From positions 1-64,000 of the IMG/VR virus record IMGVR_UViG_2510065010_000001: a DNA stretch of 64,000 bases. One strand, 5' to 3'. The stretch is from a virus. Lineage: Duplodnaviria; Caudoviricetes. A model generated the notes under the pieces. The model did no database searches and was not told the origin of the DNA. It saw nothing but the letters and a program-made list of their open reading frames with translations. The position numbers were made by a program, and so were the translations under genes. Positions 10,184 through 20,741 of the stretch are shown here, in pieces (within the stretch, counting starts at the first letter, position 1; each line of letters starts with the position of its first letter).

Positions 10184-10428
10184 TTTTCAGTTTTGTTAAG
10201 GTCAAGCTCCGCGCAAACTGAGGGCGAAGGTAACATACGCCAGCCCTGCTTTAATAAGGCTTGCATTGTGGCAAATCCTTTTGACCCGTTTGGAACTGGA
10301 TGGTCAGAAACAGAAAATTGTCTAAAGGAGGTGTATGGTTTCCACCCTTCAACTGCGTCTGTGCGAAGGTGCAAAATCTTTGTACCATTCCCACCAGATG
10401 GGTCTAGCCAGCACATTTCTTTCAGCAT
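10180..10428 (-). CDS. Cyanobacterial-type hypothetical protein
   Basis: 82-aa ORF translationally coupled to the LuxR gene. Confidence 0.6.
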   Translation of the reverse strand: MLKEMCWLDPSGGNGTKILHLRTDAVEGWKPYTSFRQFSVSDHPVPNGSKGFATMQALLKQGWRMLPSPSVCAELDLNKTEK

Positions 10429-10530
10429 ACTAAATTCCTATAAGTTATTAAAACACATTTTGCCAAAACAAAAGCCAGATGTCCTCCGTATTGGTGGCAC
10501 CTGGCTTACTTCTAGAGAGTGAACCTAAGT

Positions 10531-11313
10531 CTATTCTGACAGGTCCGAAGCTGGTTTGTCTTGTTCAGTGGGTACTAAAGGCATTTGTTGAGCCAGCATT
10601 TTTTCTTGATGTTTCTTCGAAATACCTGAAACAAGATACTGCACCTCTTTTTTCTTGTCTTTGGGGACAACAGTTAACGTGTAGTCCCCAGCTGGGAGGC
10701 TAACCTCTTTAATCTCAGAGAACGTCATAATTCCCTCAGACATCTTGGATTTGTGCGAATGTTTGCCATCAGCACTAACTAATTTAAGGTCCGGCATCAA
10801 GTCCGGGTCAGCAGTGATCGCGGCAAAACTATAAACATCCTCTTGCCCAACGTGGAACTTGTACGTTTGTGGACTATTAGATAGGATTGCCCGGTAGTTA
10901 AAGAAGTTTTTTACTTCGCCAACTTTGAAATCGTGGTTCTCGAATTGTTCGGAAACCTCTAAGGTGTACTTAGCTGTGTCAGACCCTTCACCTAAATCCA
11001 CTTCAACGTAATAAGTACCTGGTTTTAGTAAGGTGACGCCCTCTGGAGATGATGCATAGGCGAACTCTTGATAATTAAGGTATTCGCTGGCAACCCCGTC
11101 GTTTTTACTAGCTACTTGGTCAATTCCAAAAAGTGTGATTGCTTGGTGGTCAGAGTTTTTTAGTACGAGGTCGGCATTACCTGTTAGGTTTGTTAGGGAG
11201 ATTGCGAGGTTGCCTGTGCTTGGAAGCTTAACAGAATATTCAAGCGAGGAGTGGTTTTTGGTGAGTTCTGCTTGAATAGGTTGATTAAAGGTGATAGTTG
11301 GTGTGGTTAGCAT
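10531..11313 (-). CDS. Tandem PPC (pre-peptidase C-terminal)-like domain protein
   Basis: LTNLTGNADL...S.N.G..SE...L.PGTYYVEV, present twice. Confidence 0.75.
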   Translation of the reverse strand: MLTTPTITFNQPIQAELTKNHSSLEYSVKLPSTGNLAISLTNLTGNADLVLKNSDHQAITLFGIDQVASKNDGVASEYLNYQEFAYASSPEGVTLLKPGTYYVEVDLGEGSDTAKYTLEVSEQFENHDFKVGEVKNFFNYRAILSNSPQTYKFHVGQEDVYSFAAITADPDLMPDLKLVSADGKHSHKSKMSEGIMTFSEIKEVSLPAGDYTLTVVPKDKKKEVQYLVSGISKKHQEKMLAQQMPLVPTEQDKPASDLSE

Positions 11314-11324
11314 GAGTTTTAGTT

Positions 11325-12047
11325 TTAGTCAGGAATACCTGGAAAAGATGCTGGTGTTTCAACCTCCGTTGAGTAATTTTCAACGTCTTTTGAAGTAAGA
11401 TGCTGAATTTTTTCTACGGAGTGAACAGCAAACACATAACTTGCATTAGCCTTTGCTGTTACTTTTACAGTATACTTTCCACTCGAAAGATGTCCTCTCC
11501 GAGTTGCTGCTATTGGCATCATCGCATCTACTGTAGTTTCTAGTACTTCATCATCTTTACTGAAAACAACATCCAGCGAATTTTTACTAGGTGAAGCAAC
11601 ACTAAGTAGATAATCTCCTTCTTCTGCAATGAAGAATTCATAAGTGTGACTCTCATCTGCAGTTAACTCACTAGGATAGATCACACTAGACTTAACTTCG
11701 CCAACATCTAGAGAGGTTATTTCGTGTGCTGAAACTAAAAGCTCATACGTAGCACTTTCTCCTTGTAGCAAAACTTCGACCGTATAATCGCCAGGGTCTA
11801 ACGTCTTTAGCCTTTCAGCAGTGTGGTTCAATGCAGAGAACGAAATATATTCCGTATTTGTTCCGACATTATTGCTGGTTGCAAGAATTGCGTCATCTTT
11901 TTTAAGAACTAGGGAGGCATCCCCATTAATGTTTTTTAGATGCGCAACGATGTTTGATGGGTTTTCAAGATGAATAGAATAAACTGCTTGCCTGTTTGTG
12001 AAAGACAGGTTACCAATTGAAGGTTGGTCTAGTTGGATGGGAATCAT
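11325..12047 (-). CDS. Tandem PPC-like domain protein
   Basis: LKNINGDASL...SNNVGTNTE...LDPGDYTVEV; paralog of neighbouring genes. Confidence 0.75.
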   Translation of the reverse strand: MIPIQLDQPSIGNLSFTNRQAVYSIHLENPSNIVAHLKNINGDASLVLKKDDAILATSNNVGTNTEYISFSALNHTAERLKTLDPGDYTVEVLLQGESATYELLVSAHEITSLDVGEVKSSVIYPSELTADESHTYEFFIAEEGDYLLSVASPSKNSLDVVFSKDDEVLETTVDAMMPIAATRRGHLSSGKYTVKVTAKANASYVFAVHSVEKIQHLTSKDVENYSTEVETPASFPGIPD

Positions 12048-12077
12048 TTCAAGTATTTCCTTTACTAATGGACAGAG

Positions 12078-12098
12078 GGGGGTGAGTCGCTCACCCCC
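12078..12098. terminator. Stem-loop
   Basis: GGGGGTGAG-tcg-CTCACCCCC just after the 1581-aa gene. Confidence 0.5.
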
Positions 12099-12108
12099 TT
12101 CTTCAGAA

Positions 12109-15100
12109 CTAGCTTAATGCATTCAGGGTGTCAGTCCTAGTCGTTTTGTCAAAGACTGTGTAATAGGCTCTATCTCTCATTTCCAATGAGATAGGAATTT
12201 GGTCTGACGTTAAGGAAGTGACCTGTCGAATAGACTTACCATCAGTGGCCCAGACTTGCCACCCAGTGGATGCTTTCTTTCCGATAAAGTAAACACGGAA
12301 ATTAGTTTCCACCATGTTTCCAAAATCTTCGAAATCGGTGCTTAATCTTTCAACAGTGTAATTTGAGACATCAGCTTCATTCGAATGCTTATCTTCTATC
12401 GCATAAAGTTGGAAACCTAAGTCGTCTCCGGCATCAGCTAAGAAAGTAATCCGACCATTCCCAACCGAGTGGAATCCGTGAGCACCTGAACCAACGGGCT
12501 TTCCATCTTTTATCCCAGGATTGATGTTGGACGGATGAGAAGTTGTAATAGGAACAGGGCATACAGGACCACCATCTCTGGCACGTAGATAGTACTCATA
12601 AGCAGTACCAAAGAAGGTTGCCGGGTTGATCACTCCAAACAAACTACCGTAAGTTACAGGATTGTCTGATCCATTAGTAGACTTACCATTGTCTGAATCA
12701 CTGGGGTATTTAGGAGAACCACCATATCCTTTTTCCGTATTCAGACCAAAATGCATACCAAAGGGTTCCCACCCAATTGCATACTGCTCGTTGTAGTTGG
12801 GACAGTCTCTATTTGCCTTACCCGTTGCTCGTGCTTCAAAAGCGTAGCCTGCACCAAAGACAGAGTTCTCGTAAACTACAAAGTCGTTAAAGAACGGAAA
12901 GATAACTTGTCCAGGTTTTACCATGAACCGTGCATCTCTAGGATGATTGTTAAATGCATTTGCATAACCAATTCCTCCACCTCCTTGATAAAGCATATAA
13001 GGAACACCATTTACAAAAAGGAGAGGTACAGGTCCAACTTCTTCATATCCTCTATAACCAATTTGGTACTCCTTAATTACTGCACTAGACAAGGAGAGAA
13101 CTTCACTTTGTATTGGACCGCCACCAGAACCAGAACTACCTGTACTAGATGCATAGTCAACATATGCAGATGTGTTCTTAATGTAATAGTCGTTTAACTT
13201 CTGTTCAGTCGTGTACCCACTAGTAGTTGGGAGCCTAAGGTCATTAGTTAAGGTCGGACCAAACACTTTAGTTCCAACTGCAGCAAAAATTCCTGGTTGG
13301 GTGCCTGCCTGCGAGTTAAAGTCCGCCATTGATAAGATACTAGTAATCGGAGTGGAAATATCCGTATTGTATTTGGTAACAAAACCAGGACTACCGGGCG
13401 TTGTACTAGCGTTGACTCTCCAAATACCATTTCCGTCGTTTGTTCCTGTCCCAGATTTGTAAGCACTGAAGTAGGTATAGCCATCGGTATGAACTACGAG
13501 GTTATCGATATTAGAAGATCCTTCCCCTGGTTCAATATCTGTCATCCGTTTGAGCACAGGTGGGTTGACAGTTGTATCTAACCGATCAAGTTCATAGCCA
13601 TATCCTGGGGTGTATCCGACGCCATAGATCATATTTCCCGAAACTACTAATCCGTGCAGGTCATATACTGGGTCTGACGTTTCAGCAACAGTCAACTCAG
13701 AAGTGTCACTAGATGTGTCTGCTGTACTAACCCAAAGGTTTGTTCCTTTTTCAGAAGGACCAATGAAGTATTTGTTAGAGCCAACCACCACAAAATCTGA
13801 AAATCCTACTCCATTTGAAGCAAGATTTAGATCCTTTAATAACGAAGCGGTGTTTGTTGTTGTCGTAAAAGTGTAAGGTTCATTACCGTAGGCTACAGTA
13901 TTCGCAGCCATCAGCAACAACGTAGAACTATGCGCAAATAGTGAGGATGGATTGCTACCGAAGTTGAATCCACCAGACGAAGCCCGTATTTCTGTTTTAG
14001 TTGGAGCAGAATTCGTACTAATTGTGTGTCTGAAAAGCTCGATGTTTTCCGCACTGGAAGCGTCACTTGCTGCCCAAAATACTTGGTCTGAACCTAACTT
14101 TGTAAATCCATAGGGGTCTGATGAACCAGAACTGTTTACTTGAGTTGTCCCCACAAGTCCTGGAGTCGTACTGGTATTTTGAATTCGAAACGCTTCATAA
14201 TCGTCTGAGCCAGAATTATCTGCGCTAAAGTACAACCAACTAGTATCGACTGCCGTCAAGTTAGTTGGGTTACTATCATCAGACCCGGAACGAATATCGA
14301 TCAAGGTTGGTGAAGTCTTGTTGGCGTTAGTTATCTTCCAAAGTTCTCTGCCTTGCGATGAGCTACCTGTTGCAGCAAAGAATAGTGCAGGAGTGGTTCC
14401 GTTTTTTACAACAGTCAGTTCAGAAGGGTTGCTACTGTCACTACCTGAAAGAATATCGATAGGAGTAGGTGCAGTCCAATTATTAGCGGAACTAACGTGG
14501 AATAACTCTGTTCCAATATTCGAAGCTTTTGTTTGAGTGGCAATAACATAGAGGTCGTCATCATCTAGAGCTACAATTTCTGTTGGGTTAGAGCTGTCAT
14601 ATACAAAGCCAGTCAAAGGGTCATACGTACTTCCAGGTTCGATCGCTGATCGCCTGGATACTGAGAAAGCTTCTGGAATAATTCCGTAGGTGTTTACTAG
14701 AAACCCAAACTCTACTGCAAAAAGGTCTTTCCCACCTATAGAAAGGTCTCCAATAAAATACACAAGAAACAGGTCATTGTTGTTTGACTGATACGTAAAA
14801 TCTGTAGGGAAAGACAACAGTTCATCAGATGCAACTACTCTAATATTAGGTCCATCCGAAGCTGTAGAACCATCAGTAGCCCAAATACGAATCTTACCTG
14901 ACTTGTACGCACCAAAGTACAGTAAGTTGTCGCCTGACGGACCAAGTGCAGTTAACGATGTTGGGTTACTACTACCATCAAGGTTAAGGTCAAACCTTTG
15001 CACATTTCCTGTAGTATTAACCCTATAGAGTTCTGTATCTCCATTTACATCTGTGGCTTTGAAATAGACCCAGCTGCCGTAACTATTGGAAAGGTTTGTT

Positions 15101-16854
15101 AACTCAGTTGGGTTAGACCCGGACGCTCCAGACACGATATCAACAACAGACGTATTACCTGTAGTTCCGTCTGTTTTGAACAATTCGGTTCCGTACTCGT
15201 CGCTATCTGCAACGAAATACGTTGTGCTGCCTAACTGAACAAATTCTCTAGGGTTACTTCCAGCGTTTCCGGCTATAACGTTATCTATCTGAACCGGGAC
15301 ATTATTAGACGTGGACCCTAACGACACAGTAAACGTGTATTTTTCAGAAGTTGACGCATTGGATAACTTCAGGTAATAACGATTACGGGGTTGAGAGGTG
15401 TAAGTCTGACTTAAGTTACCTGTGCCGCTATCAACAGTAGTTCCAGTTAATGATCCTCTTCTTAACTCCCAAGAAACTCCAGAGGGAGCCGTGATGTTAA
15501 GTGTTATAGAAGATGAATCATCGTAAAGGTCAAAGTAGTAAAGGTCATTCGGATCACTTGTACTTCCAACAGCATCTTTAAAAGTTGCACTTGCAGTTAG
15601 TGGACTAGCAATTTCTAATCCAGATTCATCTGCAGAATTAAAGAAATAGTCTAGGAAATTACCCGGTGTTGGTTTTTTGATAACAACTGGGTAGTTACCT
15701 GGTGGCATTGGAATTATGACTTCTTGCTTATACTGATAAGGATTTTGGAGTAGTACAATCCTTAATGAGGTGCCTGTATAAGAAGCAATATCTAACACAC
15801 CATTGTCATCAAAATCTGCAATCCCAGCAGGGTAACTTTGACCAGAAGTTGCAACACCAGTACCTAACAAGTAAGTTGTTAAGAGCTTTTGCATACGTGT
15901 CTGGTAGTTAACCCCTGGAACAAATTTTGACATCACTATGTAATATTTGTAGGGGTATAAAAGGTTTTCAAAGATAAAATCTGGAGTTCCGTTGTTATCC
16001 ATGTCTTCAAAACCCCTAGCTTGAAAGTTAGGTGGTGGATAGATCGTATTTACAAAACCACTACCCGTAACATTTCTTGTAGAAACAGCACTTACAAGGG
16101 TAGTTCCGTTCATAAACCATACAGAATAAGGGTCTGTTGATGCTGCACTATCTTGCACTAACAAATCCATATGTCCATCACTATCCATATCACCCACACC
16201 TACATACTTTGCTGTAAGAGGTAACGTAGGTAGTGCTGGAGTGGCTACTACTGTGTGTCCTGCGTTTAGTTGCCATATAGCTGTTGTACCTGTTGAGGTA
16301 TCCCTCCACACCAGGTCATCGATCCCATCATTATTAAGGTCACCTGTTGTGTCAATAACCCAAGGAAACTGTGCGTTTCCAACGTATGTGCTGGTAGTCC
16401 AAGTTGTCCCGTCAAAATCTCCGAAATAAACATTACCTGAAGTACCGTTGTGAAAAACTACATCTCCTGCTCTAGCATAGTTAGCTTCAATCCGTAGCGA
16501 GAAATCTGTGTCTAGAGAGCTAGACGCTAGAGCAACTTTGATGTAATACACTCCAGGAGTTAAAATATCTGACGTAGGAGATAAAACTCGTGCGTTTATA
16601 TACTCTGAGTTAACCCCAGTGTTTTCAGATTTAATGGCAGTGCCACCTAAACTCAGTTGACTTCCACTAGCATCGAGAACGTACAAATCAGCGTTTGTAG
16701 TAATGTCCTGCAGAATAGCAATTAGGTCAGACCTTTTCTGCAAATTGACTTTATAAAATTGTTCTGGTTGATCGACAGTTAATTTTCCTCTCACATACGC
16801 CTCTAAGTCGGAACGAAGAGTTAAGGGCGTTGCTGTCTCTAAGGAGAATCCCAT
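12109..16854 (-). CDS. Large surface protein: PPC + FG-GAP/VCBS repeats + PPC + ELWxxDGT beta-propeller repeats
   Basis: GDLNNDGIDDLVWR-type repeats; repeated SNP..LT...FF.A....G.EL(F/W)KTDGT units. Confidence 0.85.
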   Translation of the reverse strand: MGFSLETATPLTLRSDLEAYVRGKLTVDQPEQFYKVNLQKRSDLIAILQDITTNADLYVLDASGSQLSLGGTAIKSENTGVNSEYINARVLSPTSDILTPGVYYIKVALASSSLDTDFSLRIEANYARAGDVVFHNGTSGNVYFGDFDGTTWTTSTYVGNAQFPWVIDTTGDLNNDGIDDLVWRDTSTGTTAIWQLNAGHTVVATPALPTLPLTAKYVGVGDMDSDGHMDLLVQDSAASTDPYSVWFMNGTTLVSAVSTRNVTGSGFVNTIYPPPNFQARGFEDMDNNGTPDFIFENLLYPYKYYIVMSKFVPGVNYQTRMQKLLTTYLLGTGVATSGQSYPAGIADFDDNGVLDIASYTGTSLRIVLLQNPYQYKQEVIIPMPPGNYPVVIKKPTPGNFLDYFFNSADESGLEIASPLTASATFKDAVGSTSDPNDLYYFDLYDDSSSITLNITAPSGVSWELRRGSLTGTTVDSGTGNLSQTYTSQPRNRYYLKLSNASTSEKYTFTVSLGSTSNNVPVQIDNVIAGNAGSNPREFVQLGSTTYFVADSDEYGTELFKTDGTTGNTSVVDIVSGASGSNPTELTNLSNSYGSWVYFKATDVNGDTELYRVNTTGNVQRFDLNLDGSSNPTSLTALGPSGDNLLYFGAYKSGKIRIWATDGSTASDGPNIRVVASDELLSFPTDFTYQSNNNDLFLVYFIGDLSIGGKDLFAVEFGFLVNTYGIIPEAFSVSRRSAIEPGSTYDPLTGFVYDSSNPTEIVALDDDDLYVIATQTKASNIGTELFHVSSANNWTAPTPIDILSGSDSSNPSELTVVKNGTTPALFFAATGSSSQGRELWKITNANKTSPTLIDIRSGSDDSNPTNLTAVDTSWLYFSADNSGSDDYEAFRIQNTSTTPGLVGTTQVNSSGSSDPYGFTKLGSDQVFWAASDASSAENIELFRHTISTNSAPTKTEIRASSGGFNFGSNPSSLFAHSSTLLLMAANTVAYGNEPYTFTTTTNTASLLKDLNLASNGVGFSDFVVVGSNKYFIGPSEKGTNLWVSTADTSSDTSELTVAETSDPVYDLHGLVVSGNMIYGVGYTPGYGYELDRLDTTVNPPVLKRMTDIEPGEGSSNIDNLVVHTDGYTYFSAYKSGTGTNDGNGIWRVNASTTPGSPGFVTKYNTDISTPITSILSMADFNSQAGTQPGIFAAVGTKVFGPTLTNDLRLPTTSGYTTEQKLNDYYIKNTSAYVDYASSTGSSGSGGGPIQSEVLSLSSAVIKEYQIGYRGYEEVGPVPLLFVNGVPYMLYQGGGGIGYANAFNNHPRDARFMVKPGQVIFPFFNDFVVYENSVFGAGYAFEARATGKANRDCPNYNEQYAIGWEPFGMHFGLNTEKGYGGSPKYPSDSDNGKSTNGSDNPVTYGSLFGVINPATFFGTAYEYYLRARDGGPVCPVPITTSHPSNINPGIKDGKPVGSGAHGFHSVGNGRITFLADAGDDLGFQLYAIEDKHSNEADVSNYTVERLSTDFEDFGNMVETNFRVYFIGKKASTGWQVWATDGKSIRQVTSLTSDQIPISLEMRDRAYYTVFDKTTRTDTLNALS

Positions 16855-16923
16855 TTTAGTAAATTTGTGATGGACATTATCATAATGTCATGGCTTAGCT
16901 AAGAGAGTAGGAGCATATTGTAA

Positions 16924-17544
16924 ATGTTGATCCCAAACACATCAGTACAAGGTTATGTAAGTTATGAAACTACGGCTAACGAATATTTTTTTGATTTAGA
17001 AAGTGCTCAATCCGTTCAGCTTTGGTTGACCAAACAAGTTTCACCGTCTGCAAACTTTGAACTCTACGATGCAGACACCGGACGGATGCTAGAGTTTTGC
17101 ATGAACTTTGGTAATCTAAGTGGGTTAATGGAAGCTCAGCTTGAAGCTGGACATTATAAAGTAAAGGTGTTTGCTCCAGAAGAAGGACAAGCGACGAGTT
17201 ATGAGCTTTTACTTCGAGTTTCAGACCCGATTCACGGAGTTGACATTAGTAATAGTGAAGAAGATGCCTTTCCCATTTTTGAGGGTGGTGCACGAGGATT
17301 TGTAGATGCTTATTACAACACTAAGTTTGAATATATCAATGACGTAGACGTTTACAAAATGGAATTTGATGCTCCTACTAATTTGTTTATAAGTGTTCTA
17401 GGACACTTTATAAATTTTGGTATATACAGGAAGGGTGATGATGAACCTATAGACATACGAGAAGGCTTCGATGTCGGAACGTATTACGTGAAAATTAAGG
17501 GTTATAGCGGCGACTATAAGCTTTATGTGCACCCTAACTATTAA
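16924..17544 (+). CDS. PPC-like domain protein
   Basis: ANFELYD...LEAGHYKVKV and DVGTYYVKI. Confidence 0.7.
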   Translation: MLIPNTSVQGYVSYETTANEYFFDLESAQSVQLWLTKQVSPSANFELYDADTGRMLEFCMNFGNLSGLMEAQLEAGHYKVKVFAPEEGQATSYELLLRVSDPIHGVDISNSEEDAFPIFEGGARGFVDAYYNTKFEYINDVDVYKMEFDAPTNLFISVLGHFINFGIYRKGDDEPIDIREGFDVGTYYVKIKGYSGDYKLYVHPNY

Positions 17545-17585
17545 TAAGAAGGGCTAGACCGATCGGTCTAGCCCTTCTTATTAAT
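17540..17585. terminator. 46-bp perfect palindrome with no spacer between convergent genes
   Basis: ATTAATAAGAAGGGCTAGACCGA|TCGGTCTAGCCCTTCTTATTAAT. Confidence 0.75.
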
Positions 17586-17663
17586 TAATCCTAAAGTCTT
17601 TACACAACACCTTCAGTATACTCCTGTGGTATTTTGTTTTTGGCTGAACTTGAGTAAAAAGAT

Positions 17664-18053
17664 TTAATCATTGTTTTTTCCTTTCGCTTTTTTAGTACAA
17701 ATGTTGTATGCCATGCTGAAAGTCATACCGCAAGGTTCATATTCAGTGAGAAAATGTCCGGCAAATTCTGGCTGACCGTTTTCATCCTCGTGGTCTAAAT
17801 CTTTTCCGCATAATCCTGCTAAAGCTTCCAGATAAAGACGTAGGATTGGGTGGGAGTTTTTGAAGAAGCTTCCTTGCTGACGTGCTCGTGTTTCTTCACA
17901 GATTTTTTCCATAACACGCGCCAGCGAGAACACAATACCAGAAGAATTAACTGCTGAGAGCACCTCGATGGCGCGTTGATAATCTTCCGGTTGTAAAACG
18001 TGGTCTGATTCTAGATAAAAGTTTAGAATCTCGTCTTGGTTTTTGAAATTCAT
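17664..18053 (-). CDS. Phage/plasmid-type hypothetical protein
   Basis: ORF in a coupled run of small genes. Confidence 0.65.
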   Translation of the reverse strand: MNFKNQDEILNFYLESDHVLQPEDYQRAIEVLSAVNSSGIVFSLARVMEKICEETRARQQGSFFKNSHPILRLYLEALAGLCGKDLDHEDENGQPEFAGHFLTEYEPCGMTFSMAYNICTKKAKGKNND

Positions 18054-18421
18054 GGAAATAATGAAACGGGGTTTAAGTCAGCTAAAAGCTGGTCGTAGTT
18101 TGACAAATTAACGTTGAACTTTTGCAGCACAACTCGAAGTTCCACCAGTCTATCCAAAGCAATTTCTTTTAGGTAATCTTCCCCAGAGTCCGACTCGATA
18201 CCATCAATCCAACCACTAGATAAGTATTGAAGAATGGAGGTGTTTTTGTATAGTGGGCAGACTACTTCTGCAACAGCGTTGCACATTAAGTAGCACCACT
18301 CCTGTCTATCAAAACTTATTAAGCGCTCCCGATCCAACTCTTCTCCAGTTTGTTTAGCAAAATCTTTAGGGGACAGCAACTTAGGTTCCCACTTAACAAA
18401 CAACTTTCTGATTGTGATCAT
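18050..18421 (-). CDS. Phage/plasmid-type hypothetical protein
   Basis: GIESDSGEDY motif; 4-nt overlaps with both neighbours. Confidence 0.65.
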   Translation of the reverse strand: MITIRKLFVKWEPKLLSPKDFAKQTGEELDRERLISFDRQEWCYLMCNAVAEVVCPLYKNTSILQYLSSGWIDGIESDSGEDYLKEIALDRLVELRVVLQKFNVNLSNYDQLLADLNPVSLFP

Positions 18422-18687
18422 ACTAAAGATTGTTCAATACAAAACCGGGCGAATTTTGTAGCCCGGATCATTAACTGACGTTCGTTTAACCCACCCTCGA
18501 AGCTTTGATAATAATGCCGTCTGTTATTAACAAACTCCAGACATGAGCAGTTTATATCACTATAAACTGACACGATGCCATACTCGGTTACTACATGACC
18601 ATCGTAATGAGAGTCTCTGAGTGAGTTGTGTCTACGGATTCTGTTATACGAGATGGAGATTTTCCATTTTTGAGGGTTAAACTTCAT
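18418..18687 (-). CDS. Hypothetical protein
   Basis: Coupled small ORF. Confidence 0.55.
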   Translation of the reverse strand: MKFNPQKWKISISYNRIRRHNSLRDSHYDGHVVTEYGIVSVYSDINCSCLEFVNNRRHYYQSFEGGLNERQLMIRATKFARFCIEQSLV

Positions 18688-18916
18688 TTGAAACCTCCAA
18701 CGAGTCTTGAATATTCAATGTTTTAACTTTAAGGTTATCTATCTCTTGCACCAAATCATTCACTTTTTCCCAAACTTGATAGTCGAAAGCGGCGGTTAGC
18801 TTAGCACTCTCTGCGGAAGACTGAGCAGAGTTTAGACAACGATAGAGTTGTTCCAATTTTCGTTTAAGAGTTTGCCGAGCGTGGAGTTCGTTTTCATTCA
18901 CTTTTATTAAGCTCAT
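18677..18916 (-). CDS. Hypothetical coiled-coil protein
   Basis: Coupled small ORF. Confidence 0.55.
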   Translation of the reverse strand: MSLIKVNENELHARQTLKRKLEQLYRCLNSAQSSAESAKLTAAFDYQVWEKVNDLVQEIDNLKVKTLNIQDSLEVSNEV

Positions 18917-18934
18917 CTATAATCAACCAAGTAA

Positions 18935-18958
18935 AGCAGGGGAGTTAACTCCCCTGCT
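18935..18958. terminator. 24-bp perfect palindrome
   Basis: AGCAGGGGAGTT|AACTCCCCTGCT downstream of the DUF932 gene. Confidence 0.65.
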
Positions 18959-18969
18959 CAGTGCAGATC

Positions 18970-19899
18970 TTAGCTACGCAAGTAGCAAGATACTAACTGA
19001 TCTTGCATTTTTTTGATTCCAGAGTATCGCCCACCTTGTAGTAGTGCATTCAACTGAGTTTGTGCAGACCCACGAGATGGAGCGTGCCAGTTAAAGTATT
19101 CTGAAACAGAGTTGAGAAGTCCCCAGGCAGTGTTGTACGCCGTGATCAGTTCACTACCTTTCGCTTGTCCTTCAAACAACCTCAGTCCAATTTGTACAGG
19201 TTTTGGTTGCTCATCAATGGTCTTTTTGGGGTCACCAAATGCGTTAATAAGATGCATCACTGCTTCTTCTTTTGTGACTGGAACTCCAGTCAATTTTTCG
19301 TACACCTCTTCTTCTTTGCGAAGTGTTCGGGTTGCAGCACCAAGAAGTTCATTGATTCTGTCTTTATTAAACTCCCCAAGGTGGGCAATCACTTTATTGC
19401 CTTCTCGGATTAGACGGTGCATCCCGTTGGTGCAGATTAGTCTGTTTGCATACAGAGACACTTTCAACCCGCTGCCATTCATATGGCTATCGCGTAGGAT
19501 TAACCACCACTCGATTATGTCACCAGCCTTACGAACATCCGTAATCACAGGCAGTCTGGCGGCAGCGTAAAGGATCAAACCTTTATTCAACGAACCGATG
19601 TATTCCACTTTTAAGCTCAGGTCAGATTCATTACAAAAGTCGTGGAAGTGTTGCAGTATTTCACGATTTTGCCAGGGTTTTCTGTCTATATACTTGTCAA
19701 TATACTTACCATCAATATCCCGGTAAGCAACTTTTACTTTCGGGTCAGTATACTGAAACTGATCTCCATACCGAAATGGACCAATATTTACTGACCAATC
19801 CAACCGTGCGGCTCGGAGCTGTTCTTGTAGGCTCAGACCATCAACATGTACTGCTGTATTACGGTGCCAAGGCAGTACATTAGACGATTGCATATTCAT
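18970..19899 (-). CDS. DUF932 / TIGR03299-like phage/plasmid protein
   Basis: PWH...LDWSV, GSL..G, SH.NGS, RLICTNG and TAWGLLNSVSEY motifs. Confidence 0.85.
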   Translation of the reverse strand: MNMQSSNVLPWHRNTAVHVDGLSLQEQLRAARLDWSVNIGPFRYGDQFQYTDPKVKVAYRDIDGKYIDKYIDRKPWQNREILQHFHDFCNESDLSLKVEYIGSLNKGLILYAAARLPVITDVRKAGDIIEWWLILRDSHMNGSGLKVSLYANRLICTNGMHRLIREGNKVIAHLGEFNKDRINELLGAATRTLRKEEEVYEKLTGVPVTKEEAVMHLINAFGDPKKTIDEQPKPVQIGLRLFEGQAKGSELITAYNTAWGLLNSVSEYFNWHAPSRGSAQTQLNALLQGGRYSGIKKMQDQLVSCYLRS

Positions 19900-20071
19900 A
19901 GTTTTTAGAAGAAAAAGAACAAATAACCCTGATGGGTTTTTACAAGGCGTTTGCTATCTGAAGAAGACAATGCCTAAAACAAATCCGAAACATACAGCCC
20001 CGACATAGCAAAGAATCTGCATTAATAAATTTGCTCTAGTCTTAGGTTGTCGAACTTTTACTTTCTCGTAT

Positions 20072-20404
20072 CTACGCCGCTGAACTTTCGGTGCTTGCTG
20101 TTTGTTCTTGACGGTCATCTGTTAATCCTAATACTCTCGCAAAGCACTCAATCTCTTGAGCGTTAATAAAGTGGCATCCAGCCGTGATTCCGATACCTGG
20201 CTTAATACTATTCAAGTTATACGACCCAATTTTAATTCTTCTCTCCTCTGTTGACCAGTCGTATACTTTACCAGATCGCCACATTCGGTATAACAATAAG
20301 CAAATTTCCTTTGGAAAGCATACACCCCTCGATGTCTGGATGACTTCAGGTTCGTTTGGCTTAACCCTCAGATAAATGTTGTCGTCATAAGATAAAGGAA
20401 ACAC
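20072..20404 (-). CDS. Phage-type hypothetical protein, possibly only a C-terminal remnant
   Basis: IQTSRG...IGSY...AGCH.I...EI motif; overlaps the truncated MTase. Confidence 0.55.
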   Translation of the reverse strand: MFPLSYDDNIYLRVKPNEPEVIQTSRGVCFPKEICLLLYRMWRSGKVYDWSTEERRIKIGSYNLNSIKPGIGITAGCHFINAQEIECFARVLGLTDDRQEQTASTESSAA

Positions 20405-20721
20405 GACAAACTTACTATCTTATTAAACTCGTTACGCCTGCAGTAGTAAGCATCTTTGTTGTTTACACAAAACCCATTTGGGATGCGTAACCCTTTCTTA
20501 ATCTGCTGGTAGACGTTAATAAGATGTGGATTAATATCACACAGTAAAGCTTGCTCAGGTAAAACATGCAAACTCATAGCCAGTGCTCCGCAGAAAGGCT
20601 CCACCAGCTTGGGAGTTATCCCTTTTTGCTCACAGTACTGTGTGTACGGCATCCAGAACTTTTCAGAAAATAAAGGGGCAAACCATTGTTTACCCCCAGC
20701 CCATTTAAGAAAAGGCTTCAT
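20368..20721 (-). pseudogene. Truncated Dam-like (D12-class) DNA adenine methyltransferase, N-terminal part only
   Basis: MKPFLKWAGGK, EPFCG and DINPHLIN present; DPPY half absent. Confidence 0.8.
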
Positions 20722-20741
20722 ACTGTTCTTTCGAGTCCTAT

